Below are positions 11,732-22,183 of a DNA stretch of 64,000 bases, one piece after another. Source of the stretch: Candidatus Babeliales bacterium (GTDB lineage: Bacteria; Babelota; Babeliae; Babelales; JANWKD01). The position numbers and the translations under genes were made by a program. Under the pieces are notes generated by a model. That model worked only from the letters and a program-made list of their open reading frames with translations, searched no databases and was not told where the DNA came from. The first letter of the stretch is position 1; each line of letters opens with the position of its first letter. The DNA lies in the NCBI GenBank assembly GCA_963722255.1, contig CAVRJO010000002.1:232169-296168 (forward strand). The letters run 5' to 3'.

Positions 11732-13797
11732 TCAACAATCTTCTTCTTGGACATTCTTTGGAACTTCTCTATAACACTCAAATTCCATAGAATAACTCGC
11801 ACGACCTTTAGTCATAGAACGTAATGCAGTTGCATAGCCAAGCATTTCCTCTAATGGTACTTCTGCAGCAATAACTTGAGCTGCCACCCTTTGCTTCCAT
11901 TCCCAAGATTCTTCCTCTTCGAGAGTTAAATCGCCCATCACATCACCCATATATTCATCAGGTGTATCAACTTCAACCTTCATAATAGGCTCTAAAAGAA
12001 CCGGAGATGCTTTTGACATACCAGCTTTAAATGCCATGGATGCCAGCAATTTTAAATGCCATTTCAGAAGAGTCGACATCATGATATGAACCATCTGTTA
12101 ATGTAACCTTTAACATCAACAACAGGATATCCACCCAAAACACCAGCTGTAAGTGCTTCTTTAATACCTTTTTCAATGCCGGGAATAAATTCTCTAGGAA
12201 TAGTACCACCAACAATTTTATCTTCAAAGATAAATCCTTTACCGCGTTCTAAAGGCTCAAGATTCAACCAAACATGTCCATATTGACCTTTACCACCAGA
12301 TTGCTTAATATATTTACCTTCAGATTCAACTGGCTTTTGAATAGTTTCTTTATAGGCAACTTGCAATTTACCTTGAGCAACTTCAACTTTATGTTCTCGC
12401 TTTAAGCGATCAACAACAATTTCAAGATGCAACTCACCCATTCCTGAAATAACTGTTTGAGCTGTTTCTTGATCATATGAGAATCTAAACGAAGGATCTT
12501 CTTGCATCATTTTTCGTAATGCAATCACCATTTTTTCATGGTCAGCCTTTATTTTTAGGCTCAATGGAAGTAGAAATAACTGGATGCAGGGATATCAATT
12601 GATTCAAGCAATAATGGATGACCTTCTTCAGCACAAGAGTATTTCCCGTAATAACATCTTTAATACCCACAACTGCAGCAATATCGCCCGCTTCAGCTGA
12701 TGCAATTTCTTCTCGCTTATTAGCATGCATCTTAACAAAACGGCTTACTCGTTCTTTATTGCCAGTACTTGCATTATAACATATGACCCAGATTTAACTT
12801 CTCCAGAATAAACACGAATAAAGGTAAGAACTCCAACAAAAGGATCTGTCATAATCTTAAATGCTAAAGCACAAAAAGGAGCTTTAGGATCAGCAGCTTC
12901 TCGTTTCTTCTTTATTTGTTTGAGGATTGATGCCTACAACAGGAGGAATATCAAGTGGCGAAGGCAAGATAATCAACAACACCATCAAGCATTAATTGAA
13001 CACCTTTATTTTTAAAAGCAGTTCCAGCAAAATGCCAATGCAATTTGACGTTTTAATCGTACCTTTACGCAATGCTGCTTTTATTTCTGGAATTGAAATT
13101 TCTTCTTCATTTAAATATTTTTCAGCTAAAACATCATCAAAATCGCAAGCTTTTTCAACAAGCTTATTACGTAAATCTTCTACTTGATCAACATATTCTG
13201 CAGGAACATCATGCCATGTAACAGCAATCCCTTGATCACCACCAAAAATTGCCATTTTGCGCGTCAACAAATCAATAATACCCGATAAAATTTTCTGATT
13301 CACCAACAGGAAGTTGCGCTGCAACAGCATTAACCTTCAATTTTTCATTGATATCATCTAACAACACGAAGATAATTACCACCAATACGATCAAGCTTAT
13401 TAACAAAAATAATTCTTGGAACACCATAACGATTTGCTTGGCGCCAAACCGTTTCAGATTGAGGCTGAACTCCGGCAACCCCACAAAAAACACCGACCAT
13501 CCCATCAAGCACACGCAAAGAACGACCCACTTCAATAGTAAAGTCTACGTGACCTGGCGTATCAATAATATTAATGGTAGTGTCTTTCCATTCACAAGTT
13601 GTTGCAGCAGATTGAATCGTAATACCACGCTCACGCTCTTGCTCCATCCAATCCATGACCGTTTCACCTTCATGAACTTCACCAATCTTATGCGTTACGC
13701 CGGTATAAAACAAAATTCGTTCTGTTACGGTGGTTTTACCTGCATCAATATGAGCAGCAATACCTATATTTCTTAATTTTTCGAGCTTTGAACTCAT
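11732..13797 (-). pseudogene. fusA: elongation factor G, frameshifted as sequenced
   Basis: Track ORFs 13354..13797 ([24 protein letters not shown]...[14 protein letters not shown]), 12992..13330, 12542..12730, 12079..12564 and 11732..12094 together tile EF-G domains I-V. Confidence 0.9.
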
Positions 13798-13811
13798 CAG
13801 ATTCCTTTATA

Positions 13812-14296
13812 TTACCATGCATAATGAGAGAATGCTCTGTTAGCTTCTGCCATTCTATGGACTTCAATTTTCTTTTTGATTGCGTTACCACGACCTTCAA
13901 CAGCTCGCTTAACTCATTTGCTAATCTCATGCCCATCGTTTTATCAGTTCTTGATTTTGCAGCATCGATCAACCAACGAATGGCAAGAGCACGCTGCTCT
14001 TTCAGGGCGAACTTCCATAGGTATCTGATACACACTACCACCTACACGTCGAGGACGAACTTCAACTGCTGGGATCAATTGCTCAAATGCTTTATAAAAT
14101 GCATTAAGGCCTTTATTTTGTATCTCCGCCATTTCTTTTTATTAGAACATCAATAGCTTCATACACAATTCTACGAGCAACATTTTTCTTACCACGCCAC
14201 ATAATTACATTAATAAGCTTTTGTACCAACTCTGATCCAAAACGCTCATCAGGCAGTAATTTCTCTTTTATAGCTGACAGCTTTACGCCTTGACAT
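13812..14296 (-). pseudogene. rpsG: 30S ribosomal protein S7, frameshifted as sequenced
   Basis: ATG at 14296 (MSRRKAV...). Track ORFs 13944..14132 ([27 protein letters not shown]) and 13745..14041 ([29 protein letters not shown]). Tail [13 protein letters not shown]. Confidence 0.85.
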
Positions 14297-14318
14297 AATT
14301 CAGTTCCTCAATTATTTT

Positions 14319-14699
14319 TTAGGATTTTTTTGGTTTTTTTGCACCATACAATGAACGACCTTGCTTTCTATTTTCAACACCAGCTGTATCCAAGGCTCCA
14401 CGAACAATATGATATTTTACACCTGGTAAATCTTTAACCTTTCCACCACGAACCAAAACCACAGAGTGCTCTTGCAAGTTATGACCTTCTCCTGGAATAT
14501 ACGCGGTCACTTCAGCTCCTGTTGAAAGTTTTACACGAGCTACTTTTCGAAGTGCTGAGTTTGGTTTTCTGGGGGTCATTGTTTTTACTTGCAAACATAC
14601 GCCACGAGCTTGAGGAGCACCTTTTAGGGCTGGACTCTTGGTTTTAAAAAGATGTTTTTTTGTGCGCCCTTTACGAGCAAGTTGTGTCACGGTAGGCAT
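14319..14699 (-). CDS. rpsL: 30S ribosomal protein S12
   Basis: Intact 126-aa [15 protein letters not shown]...[59 protein letters not shown]. Confidence 0.95.
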   Translation of the reverse strand: MPTVTQLARKGRTKKHLFKTKSPALKGAPQARGVCLQVKTMTPRKPNSALRKVARVKLSTGAEVTAYIPGEGHNLQEHSVVLVRGGKVKDLPGVKYHIVRGALDTAGVENRKQGRSLYGAKKPKKS

Positions 14700-15010
14700 A
14701 ATTAAAAATTCCTAAATTAAATTGAAATTGAACTAAAAATACTCATGTGTTTTATCGCCTGTTACCTGAATCTTGTTGATGAATCATATAGGAGGATGAG
14801 TTTATTTTAACCTTTTTATTAATTTTTTCAAGTGGAATTGAAAAAAGGTTTTTTATTACAGAGAAAGAATCTCTCTTGTAGCAGTGCCAAAAAATTAAAC
14901 CTGGAATTTTTACCCGGGACTATGTTTACATAAATCCCTTCTTACATTACTCTAAATTTGCAATCCAATACGTAAAAATTCATATTAACAGATCTTTTGT
15001 AGGAGTATTT

Positions 15011-16171
15011 ATGTTTTCAGATCAACTTTTATCACTAGCACAAAGCCTATTTTTTATTATTATTGGAATAATGGGAATTGGATTCTTAATTGGATTCCAT
15101 GAATTTGGCCATTTTATTTTTTGTAAAATTTTTCACATAAGAACACCCTCATTTTCAATTGGAATGGGTCCACGTATTTTTAAAAAGAAAATAGGCGAAA
15201 CTGAATTTGCACTCTCACTCTTGCCCCTAGGCGGTTATGTCGAAATTGCCGGGGCGGCTGAAGTCGGGCAAGGCGAACAAAAGGAAGCCTACAGCACAGA
15301 TCAAAATTCATTTGCTTCTAAACCCTACTATCAAAAAATGCTTGTTATGGCAGGTGGCATAGTCTTTAATCTTATGTTTGCTTATGCAGCGCTTTCTTTC
15401 CTTTATTTTATTGGTATGCCAAAAACGTTGCTTTATCCCCTGCATGCATCTAACCAAATAAGTTCAATTGAACCCGAGACTCCTGCAGCTCACTCAAATC
15501 TTAAACCATTAGATAAAGTTTTAGAGATTGATAATCGTTCGGTCAATAATGCCGCCGATATAATAGGGATTATACATACTATTCCCAATAAAACAGTTCA
15601 TATGCTCATTGAACGGGATGGCAAACAGGAAGATATTTCACTTACCATAGGATCTCGAGAAATAAATAAGAAGGAACTGGGCTTTCTAGGTGTTGAATTT
15701 TCCATTCCTAAGTTTGGGTTTGTAGAGTCAATTAAAAATGGCATTCAAGCCACTAATTTCCTCATTAGCCACGTTGTAGGTGCATTCAAGAAGCTTTTCA
15801 CAGGCAAGGAGCTTGAAAACCTTGGTGGACCATTGATGGTAATTTCGCAAACAATAAAGGGAGCAGAAAAAGGTTTTAAAATATTTTTACTCCTTCTTGC
15901 TTTCATTAGCGTTAATTTAGCAATTTTCAATATCATTCCTTTACCTATTATGGATGGTGGCCAGGCCTTATTTTATACCATTGAAGCTATCTTAAGAAGA
16001 CCTCTTAATGAAAAAATACGTGAATATATTCATATTGGTACCTGGATCCTTCTTCTAGTACTTGTTGTCTACTTAAGCATCAAAGATGTCATAATGATTT
16101 TTGGCTTAAAAGAAATTATGAGCGCTACATCAACAAAAATTAAAGAATTAATCAGCATATTCTGGAAATAA
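15011..16171 (+). CDS. rseP: RIP/site-2 zinc metalloprotease (M50), RseP-like with one PDZ-like insert
   Basis: 386-aa ORF. HEFGHF (HExxH) lies in the first TM region, followed by a central soluble segment and a C-terminal NLAIFNIIPLPIMDGG motif. Confidence 0.85.
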   Translation: MFSDQLLSLAQSLFFIIIGIMGIGFLIGFHEFGHFIFCKIFHIRTPSFSIGMGPRIFKKKIGETEFALSLLPLGGYVEIAGAAEVGQGEQKEAYSTDQNSFASKPYYQKMLVMAGGIVFNLMFAYAALSFLYFIGMPKTLLYPLHASNQISSIEPETPAAHSNLKPLDKVLEIDNRSVNNAADIIGIIHTIPNKTVHMLIERDGKQEDISLTIGSREINKKELGFLGVEFSIPKFGFVESIKNGIQATNFLISHVVGAFKKLFTGKELENLGGPLMVISQTIKGAEKGFKIFLLLLAFISVNLAIFNIIPLPIMDGGQALFYTIEAILRRPLNEKIREYIHIGTWILLLVLVVYLSIKDVIMIFGLKEIMSATSTKIKELISIFWK

Positions 16172-16187
16172 TTATTTCACATAAATT

Positions 16188-16236
16188 AAAAAGCAAACAT
16201 CCTCAAAGTTGAATACTTTGAGGATGTTTGCTTTTT
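16188..16236. terminator. Perfect 21-bp hairpin flanked by A5/T5 (bidirectional Rho-independent terminator candidate)
   Basis: AAAAAGCAAACATCCTCAAAG-TTGAATA-CTTTGAGGATGTTTGCTTTTT, 17 nt after the rseP stop. Confidence 0.75.
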
Positions 16237-16238
16237 AA

Positions 16239-18128
16239 ATCGGGTAGGAGCGAGTGATTAACTCGCGTCCTCCCACACCACCGTACGTACCGTTCGGTAT
16301 ACGGCGGTTCATGTCGATACTTTCGCGAGCATCTCATAATATCTTTCAACAAGACTTACAAGCCCTTGCTCTCGCCAATAAGCGAGGCCGAGGGCTTTGT
16401 TTATTTGTGGAGTATTTGCCAGCCGCCAGTATTTCTTGTCTGAGAATGCTATGCGTCCTGCCCATTTTCCTTCGATTCCTAGGTCTTTTAACTTTGCAAG
16501 CTTGGTTTTCCCTAACTTCCATTGTTTCAATAAACACATTCTCAATCTTCTGCGTATCCATTCGTCAAGTTCCTGGAGCACACTCTTTGTTTCGATAATA
16601 CCGAAATATCCAATCCATCCAATGAGATACTCATTGAGCTTCTTCAGTCGTTCTTTCATAGATATACCCCAATTGCGCTTCGTTAACTCGCGAATCTTCT
16701 CCTTAAACTTTATTCTGGTTTTGGGAGCGATTCGCAGCTTTACTTGCCAGCCAAAGGTGAATGAGAATCCTAGGAACTTTCTTCTCGATGGATAGTCTAT
16801 TGCACTCTTTTGTACATTTATATTGAGCTTCAATCGTTCTTGTAGAAACTTCATTATACTTGCATACACTCTTTGTCCCGCTCGCTTGCTTGCTACGTAG
16901 ATGTTGCAGTCATCGGCGTATCGAACAAAAGAGTGTCCTCTTTGTGTAAGTTCTTTATCAAGATCATTCAGTATGATATTTGATAGCAGGGGACTTATTG
17001 GGCCACCTTGCGGTGTCCCGTCCTCTGATCTCACATGACATCCATTGAGCATTACTCCCGATTGCAAGTATTTGCGGATAATTGCGTGTATGCGTTTATC
17101 TTCGACATGTTGTGCTATTTTCGACATCAGTATGTCGTGATTTACACGGTCAAAGAATTTCTCGAGATCGATATCCACCACAATTTTCTTTCCGTGTTGG
17201 ATATAGGTTTGGGCTTTATGCACAGCTTGCCGTGCACTTTTGCCTGGTCTAAATCCATAACTGAATTCTGAAAATGTAGCTTCAAATATTGGTGTCAAGA
17301 CTTGTTGGATTGCCTGTTGGATAAAGCGATCAAGTACCGTTGGAATTCCTAATTCACGCACTCCACCGTCTTGTTTCGGAATTTCGACTCGACGTACGGG
17401 AGCTGGTTTATAGGTTCCGTCAAGAAGCTCTTGTTTGATGCGATTCCAATGCTCATTCAGATATGGAAGCAGTTCATTGACCTGCATATTATCCACACCC
17501 GCCGAGCCTTTGTTTCTTTCCACTCGTTTGAGTGCCTTCTTGAGATTATCGTACTCTACCACTTTCTCCATCAGTTGATTATTATGATTTGCCAAGATAT
17601 GTTTGTTGATTTGTGTCATAAGTTTGCTCAGTACCTCATCAGGACCTGGTAGAATTCACTACCGCCTCTCAGTGATGGTTCGATTTTTTTTTTTCGATTT
17701 TCTACTTTCATTGCATTCTCGATGTACGTATCAATCATATCTTTATCGCTCATGTTCAGGCCTTCCCGATTTTTTTTTTCGGTACTATGCCATCTGCTGA
17801 CTTCTGTCCCTCAACCTCTATTTTCACAGAGGGTTGCCAACTTAGTCGGCGTGGAAACAGATCTCCCCGGGTAATTGCGCGCCCTTTCACCTCATCTACC
17901 TGCTCTATTTACTCTCGATAGTTTTGGCAACCATGGCTTTTGTCTTACTTGGCAGACTCATCCGCTATCGCTAGCCTCGCATAGAGTTCGTATACCTCAG
18001 GCCAAGGTTTTGCTGCCGGCTTCCTTCAGATTTCACCTCGCGATGAACACCCTTGCCTTAGGCTAATGACTTCGTTGCCTTCGTCATTCCGGACTTTCAC
18101 CGGTAGGTCGCGCCCATGCCGGGCGCAC
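16239..18128 (-). mobile_element. Group II intron, bacterial class C-like (about 1.89 kb)
   Basis: Minus-strand 5' end GTGCGCCCGGCATGGGCGCG at 18128. Domain V-like hairpin at 16310..16276 (GAACCGCCGTATACCGAACGGTACGTACGGTGGTG). Domain VI-like stem with bulged A at 16274..16242, 3' ...CCCGAT. RT/maturase ORF inside. Located 10 nt behind a terminator stem. Confidence 0.85.
16309..17619 (-). CDS. ltrA: group II intron-encoded reverse transcriptase/maturase (no endonuclease domain recognised)
   Basis: 436-aa ORF with an RT block (GSAGVDNMQV...) and the YADD motif (FVRYADDCNIYV). Maturase-like tail LIGWIGYFGI...IRRRLRMCLLKQWK. Its stop abuts domain V. Confidence 0.9.
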   Translation of the reverse strand: MTQINKHILANHNNQLMEKVVEYDNLKKALKRVERNKGSAGVDNMQVNELLPYLNEHWNRIKQELLDGTYKPAPVRRVEIPKQDGGVRELGIPTVLDRFIQQAIQQVLTPIFEATFSEFSYGFRPGKSARQAVHKAQTYIQHGKKIVVDIDLEKFFDRVNHDILMSKIAQHVEDKRIHAIIRKYLQSGVMLNGCHVRSEDGTPQGGPISPLLSNIILNDLDKELTQRGHSFVRYADDCNIYVASKRAGQRVYASIMKFLQERLKLNINVQKSAIDYPSRRKFLGFSFTFGWQVKLRIAPKTRIKFKEKIRELTKRNWGISMKERLKKLNEYLIGWIGYFGIIETKSVLQELDEWIRRRLRMCLLKQWKLGKTKLAKLKDLGIEGKWAGRIAFSDKKYWRLANTPQINKALGLAYWREQGLVSLVERYYEMLAKVST

Positions 18129-18129
18129 C

Positions 18130-18158
18130 AAAAAAAAGGCGAAGAAAGATTCTTCGCC
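18130..18158 (-). terminator. Rho-independent terminator of rplM
   Basis: Minus strand GGCGAAGAA-TCT-TTCTTCGCC followed by T8. The intron 5' end follows 2 nt after the T-run. Confidence 0.8.
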
Positions 18159-18183
18159 CTAAATTTACTGACCAGATTAAAAG

Positions 18184-18639
18184 TTATGCTTTTTTGATAG
18201 CTTCAGCTTTCTTTTCAGCATTAACTTGTGCTTGGTGAGGATGGTCTTTACCAATATACACTTTCAATTTATCTAACACGGCACGACCCATTTTAGACTT
18301 TGGCAACATTCTTTTTACTGCAAGTCTAATTACTTCAGTAGCATCCTTTTCCATCATTTCTCTTGCGGTTTTAACTTTATAACCACCAATCCACCCTGAA
18401 TAGCTATCATAAATTTTTGTATCTAATTTATTGCCACTCAAAACGATTTTTTCAGCATTCGTAACAATTACGTAATCACCGGCATCGGTATGAGGGGTAT
18501 AACTTGGAAGATGTTTACCACGCAGCATATCTGCAATTTTTGTAGCAAGCCTACCCAAGATCTCGCCTTCTGCATCAAGCTCAATCCAATGAGGCGCTCT
18601 ATCCTCTTTCCTGACATAGAATGTTCTATTCATACTCAT
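18184..18639 (-). CDS. rplM: 50S ribosomal protein L13
   Basis: Intact 151-aa ORF ...WIELDAEGEILGRLATKIADMLRGKHLPSYTPHTDAGDYVIVTNAEKI... Confidence 0.9.
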   Translation of the reverse strand: MSMNRTFYVRKEDRAPHWIELDAEGEILGRLATKIADMLRGKHLPSYTPHTDAGDYVIVTNAEKIVLSGNKLDTKIYDSYSGWIGGYKVKTAREMMEKDATEVIRLAVKRMLPKSKMGRAVLDKLKVYIGKDHPHQAQVNAEKKAEAIKKA

Positions 18640-18842
18640 AGTAAAAAAATTCCTTACCGATAAATATTTGTTTAATTTTTAATTTTTTGCTTACAAACGA
18701 ACAGGTTAATAGCTTTTATAGTAAATAAAATTTGGAACAAGGTCAAATAAATAGTTCAAAATACTATGCATACGCATTCTTTATTTATATACTATTAGTA
18801 ATGTTAGTTTATTAAAGCATCATCCAATCTTAAGGAATTAGA

Positions 18843-20438
18843 ATGCACACCAGTTGGATTGTCCTTGTACCGCCTATTGCCGTCTTGGCAACGTCATTCA
18901 TAACAAAAAAAATTTTACCATCGTTGATGCTTGGTATTGCGTTATCAGCATTCATTGTAAAAGATTTTAATCCTTTAAACACCTTATTAAAAATCGGTGC
19001 TGTTTTTCTAGAACAACTTACCACTTTAGATACCCTCTATATTTTTCTTTTTTTGCTCTTTTTGGGTGCATTGATTTCTCTCATTACCATTACGGGCGGA
19101 ACTCAAGCCTATGCAAATCTCATACAAAACAAAATTAAAACCGCTCGGGGGGCAGAATCAGCTACCATCCTTCTTTCACTTGTTCTTTTATTTGATGATT
19201 TTTTTAGCAGCATTACCGTTGGTTCTATTATGAAACCAATAACCGACACTTTTAGCATCGCTCGAGTAAAATTGGCCTTTTTGATCGATTCTATGGCAGC
19301 ACCGCTTGTTGTCTTAATGCCCATTTCTAGTTGGATTGCAACGCTTACTATGCAACTTTCAAAAGCAGGCATCGGGCATAATCTCGCTCAAAATCCTCTT
19401 GTTCTAGGCGAACCTTATTGGATTTATCTTAACATAATACCTTATATATTTTATTCACTTTTTCTAATTGTATCGGTATTTATTATTGTCACGCTGCAAT
19501 TGTCATTTGGACCTATGAAACGGCACGAGCTCATTGCTCAGCAAACTAAAGATCTTTTCGGCGGAAAAAAACCGGTAAGCAGTATTATTGAAACACTTCC
19601 ATCACGCAAAGGCTCTTTAAGCGATTTTCTCATTCCCTTAATAATGTTGCTTTTTACAACATTTTCTGCCCTACTTTATTCGGGAAACTACCGTTTATTC
19701 CATGGACATAATTCATTTTTACAATCGCTCCATCAAGCAAATATTTTTTATTCTCTTTTCTTAGGAAGCCTCATTACCCTTGCTCTTTGCATTATCTATT
19801 TTTTAGCACAAAAAAAGATTAACTATTCGGATGTTATTATCATTAACAAATCAAGTATAGATCTTATGGGAACTTCTATTGCAATTTTATTTTGCTCGTG
19901 GGCATTCAGTAGTCTTTTGCTTAATGACTTACAAAGCGGTAGCTATCTAGCTCATCTTCTAATTGGAAACGTTTCAATTAACTTTTTGCCTTGCATTTTT
20001 TTTATTGCATCATCAATAACTTCAATTAGCATCGGTTCATCGTGGGGTACGATTGCAATTTTAACACCCCTTGCAATTCCCATGCTCATTGATTTTGCTG
20101 CATTACAGACTCCAACAACCCCAGAAATGTTGCCTCTGCTTTTTCCACTGTTAGGTGCAATATTTGCAGGCGCCGTAGCAGGCGATCATGTTTCGCCGCT
20201 TTCTAGCACAACCATAATGTCAGCTCTAAGCAGCGGAACACATCTTGAAGACCATATACATACGCAAGCGCTTTACGCGCTTCCGGCATTTGTTGCAACA
20301 ATCATAGCATATCTTTTAGCAGGATTTTTAGCACCATATAACCGCACGCTAGGTTGGTTATTCAGTATTATTGTAGGACTCGTTATATGTGCATATCTCT
20401 TACTGCAAGCACATTATAGTTCAAAAAAATCAAAATAA
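18843..20438 (+). CDS. polytopic membrane transporter, Na+/H+ antiporter NhaC-family-like
   Basis: 531-aa ORF, hydrophobic throughout (more than 10 predicted TM segments). The N-terminal SWIVLVPPIAVLATSFITKKILPSLMLGI pattern resembles NhaC-type antiporters (from memory, not searched). Confidence 0.5.
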   Translation: MHTSWIVLVPPIAVLATSFITKKILPSLMLGIALSAFIVKDFNPLNTLLKIGAVFLEQLTTLDTLYIFLFLLFLGALISLITITGGTQAYANLIQNKIKTARGAESATILLSLVLLFDDFFSSITVGSIMKPITDTFSIARVKLAFLIDSMAAPLVVLMPISSWIATLTMQLSKAGIGHNLAQNPLVLGEPYWIYLNIIPYIFYSLFLIVSVFIIVTLQLSFGPMKRHELIAQQTKDLFGGKKPVSSIIETLPSRKGSLSDFLIPLIMLLFTTFSALLYSGNYRLFHGHNSFLQSLHQANIFYSLFLGSLITLALCIIYFLAQKKINYSDVIIINKSSIDLMGTSIAILFCSWAFSSLLLNDLQSGSYLAHLLIGNVSINFLPCIFFIASSITSISIGSSWGTIAILTPLAIPMLIDFAALQTPTTPEMLPLLFPLLGAIFAGAVAGDHVSPLSSTTIMSALSSGTHLEDHIHTQALYALPAFVATIIAYLLAGFLAPYNRTLGWLFSIIVGLVICAYLLLQAHYSSKKSK

Positions 20439-20441
20439 TTG

Positions 20442-20714
20442 TTAGCTTTCAGCTGTAGTTTCAGCATATTTCTTTTCGAGCTCTTCCCATCTATTTTGCG
20501 CTTTTTCACCAAAATATGGAATTCCATTCACAAGCGCAAAATAGATTGCACCATCCTCGTACCGATATTGTTTTGCTGTATAAACCTCGTCATATAATGT
20601 CTTATAGATTATCCAATCATTGTATTCTACATACATGATTAGATCCCCTTCAGTAGCTCTCAAGGGCAACAAAAAAAATGACACTACAAAAGTAAGCTTT
20701 ACTAATAACTTCAC
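20442..20714 (-). CDS. small secreted hypothetical protein
   Basis: 90-aa ORF with an N-terminal hydrophobic leader MKLLVKLTFVVSFFLLPLRA. Confidence 0.5.
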   Translation of the reverse strand: MKLLVKLTFVVSFFLLPLRATEGDLIMYVEYNDWIIYKTLYDEVYTAKQYRYEDGAIYFALVNGIPYFGEKAQNRWEELEKKYAETTAES

Positions 20715-20794
20715 AAACGTCTCCTTTTATGACTAACAAAGCAAACACAATTGTTTTATTCATTTCAATATTGATACTCTCAATTTTATTCTTT

Positions 20795-22183
20795 CTACTT
20801 TTTTTCTAATGCATAGGCAAGAGCTTTTTCAATATCTTTTGATTCTTTCGGCAAATTTTCACTAAGGCAAAGAGCACCGTCAGACACAATCCAATAATCA
20901 TCTTCAATACGTATACCGATAGATTCTTCAGGAATATAAATACCCGGCTCAATAGTAATGACATCACCCTACTTCAAAGGCTGAGAATAATCACCAACAT
21001 CATGAACATCTAATCCTAAAAAGTGCCCTATACCATGGATACAATATTCGCCATAGCCATGGTCCTCAATAAATTTTTTTGCTAAATGGTTAAGCGATTG
21101 ATCCGGTTCATTTTTATTTGAAAGCCACACGCCCGGTTTTGCCAAATTTGCAATATATGCCTGTGTTTGCAAAACAAGTTCATATACTTCTTTTTGGCGT
21201 TGCGTGAAACTACCTGAAACGGGATATGTTCTTGTTAGATCAGCGCAATAGGAATTATAGCGTGCACCAATATCAACAACTACTAAATCTCCCGAAACAA
21301 GAGTTCGCTTATTTTCCATATAGTGTAAAATTGTTGAATTTTTTCCGCTTGCAACAATAGATGAAAATGCAGCAGTTGCACCGCTAATAGTATAATGATA
21401 TTCAATAAGAGCCTGCAGCTCATTCTCTTTTTTACCCGGTTCCATCAACTGCATCGTCGCTTCTTGTGCATCAATAGTAATTTCAATTGCTTTATACAAC
21501 TGCTCAATTTCAAATTTACTCTTTTTACGACGCATTTGAGCTACAAGAGAAGAAATATCACACAGTGATTGTTTTAGCGAGGGAATAATTTCTACAATTC
21601 GCTGTAGAACGAAACGCTGTTCAATATAGTCACTGGCATTAGAAGGATTAAGCGTATAGAGTTTGCGTCCTTGTCCAATTGAATCTTCAATTAGTTTAAG
21701 CAACTGTTCATATTCACGATGTGTAAAAAAAGGATGGCATTGATAGCCAACACATTGATTACCAAGATATTTGATTTCATCAACGTGAAATTCTTGTGCT
21801 TTTTCTTCACTTGCTTCAATTGCATCCGCTACCCATTTTGCACGTTCTTTTCCAAAATTTGGAACAAATAACGTCGATCTACCAGTCTCAATATCAATCC
21901 ACAATGCCGCTGCAGGTTCTTGAAGGCCGGTATAATAAAAAAACGAGGAATCTTGTTTGAAAACATATCCATCTCGTTCAAAATTAGCAAATAAAACTAT
22001 TGTGCCTTGCGTGATTTCATATTTTTGTTTAACCAATGCTATAAGTTCAGTACGTCGCTCATGAAACATATAAAATTTATGATGAGGTGATGATGTCATT
22101 GAAAACTCCAAAAAGTAGGTTATAATCTTTGTAAGTATTCCATTCCGATTTCTTTTTTGCAAATTATCAAAACAATAAAACAA
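20795..22183 (-). pseudogene. pepP: Xaa-Pro aminopeptidase (M24B) interrupted by in-frame TAG; likely true start at 22099
   Basis: Track ORF 20969..22183 has DIGARYNSYCADLTRTYPV and HGIGHFLGLDVHD. After TAG (20969..20971) the same frame continues GDVITIEPGIYIPEESIGIRIEDDYWIVSDGALCLS...EKK*, carrying the last metal-ligand motifs. Confidence 0.8.

Noticed and set aside
7375-14156. Plus-strand or out-of-frame track ORFs inside the ribosomal/EF block (7375..7569, 7682..7909, 9105..9359, 9293..9613, 10456..10680, 10775..11029, 10863..11111, 12996..13187, 13348..13776, 13788..14156)
   Set aside because: They overlap recognisable minus-strand ribosomal protein, EF-Tu or EF-G coding sequence. Their peptides are low-complexity with no motifs, typical of shadow ORFs in AT-rich DNA.
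16254-18066. Small ORFs inside the group II intron (16254..16598, 16346..16561, 16397..16795, 17035..17271, 17371..17652, 17603..17800, 17875..18066)
   Set aside because: They lie antisense to, or out of frame with, the RT/maturase, or within structured intron RNA (domains I, V, VI). None has a coding signature.
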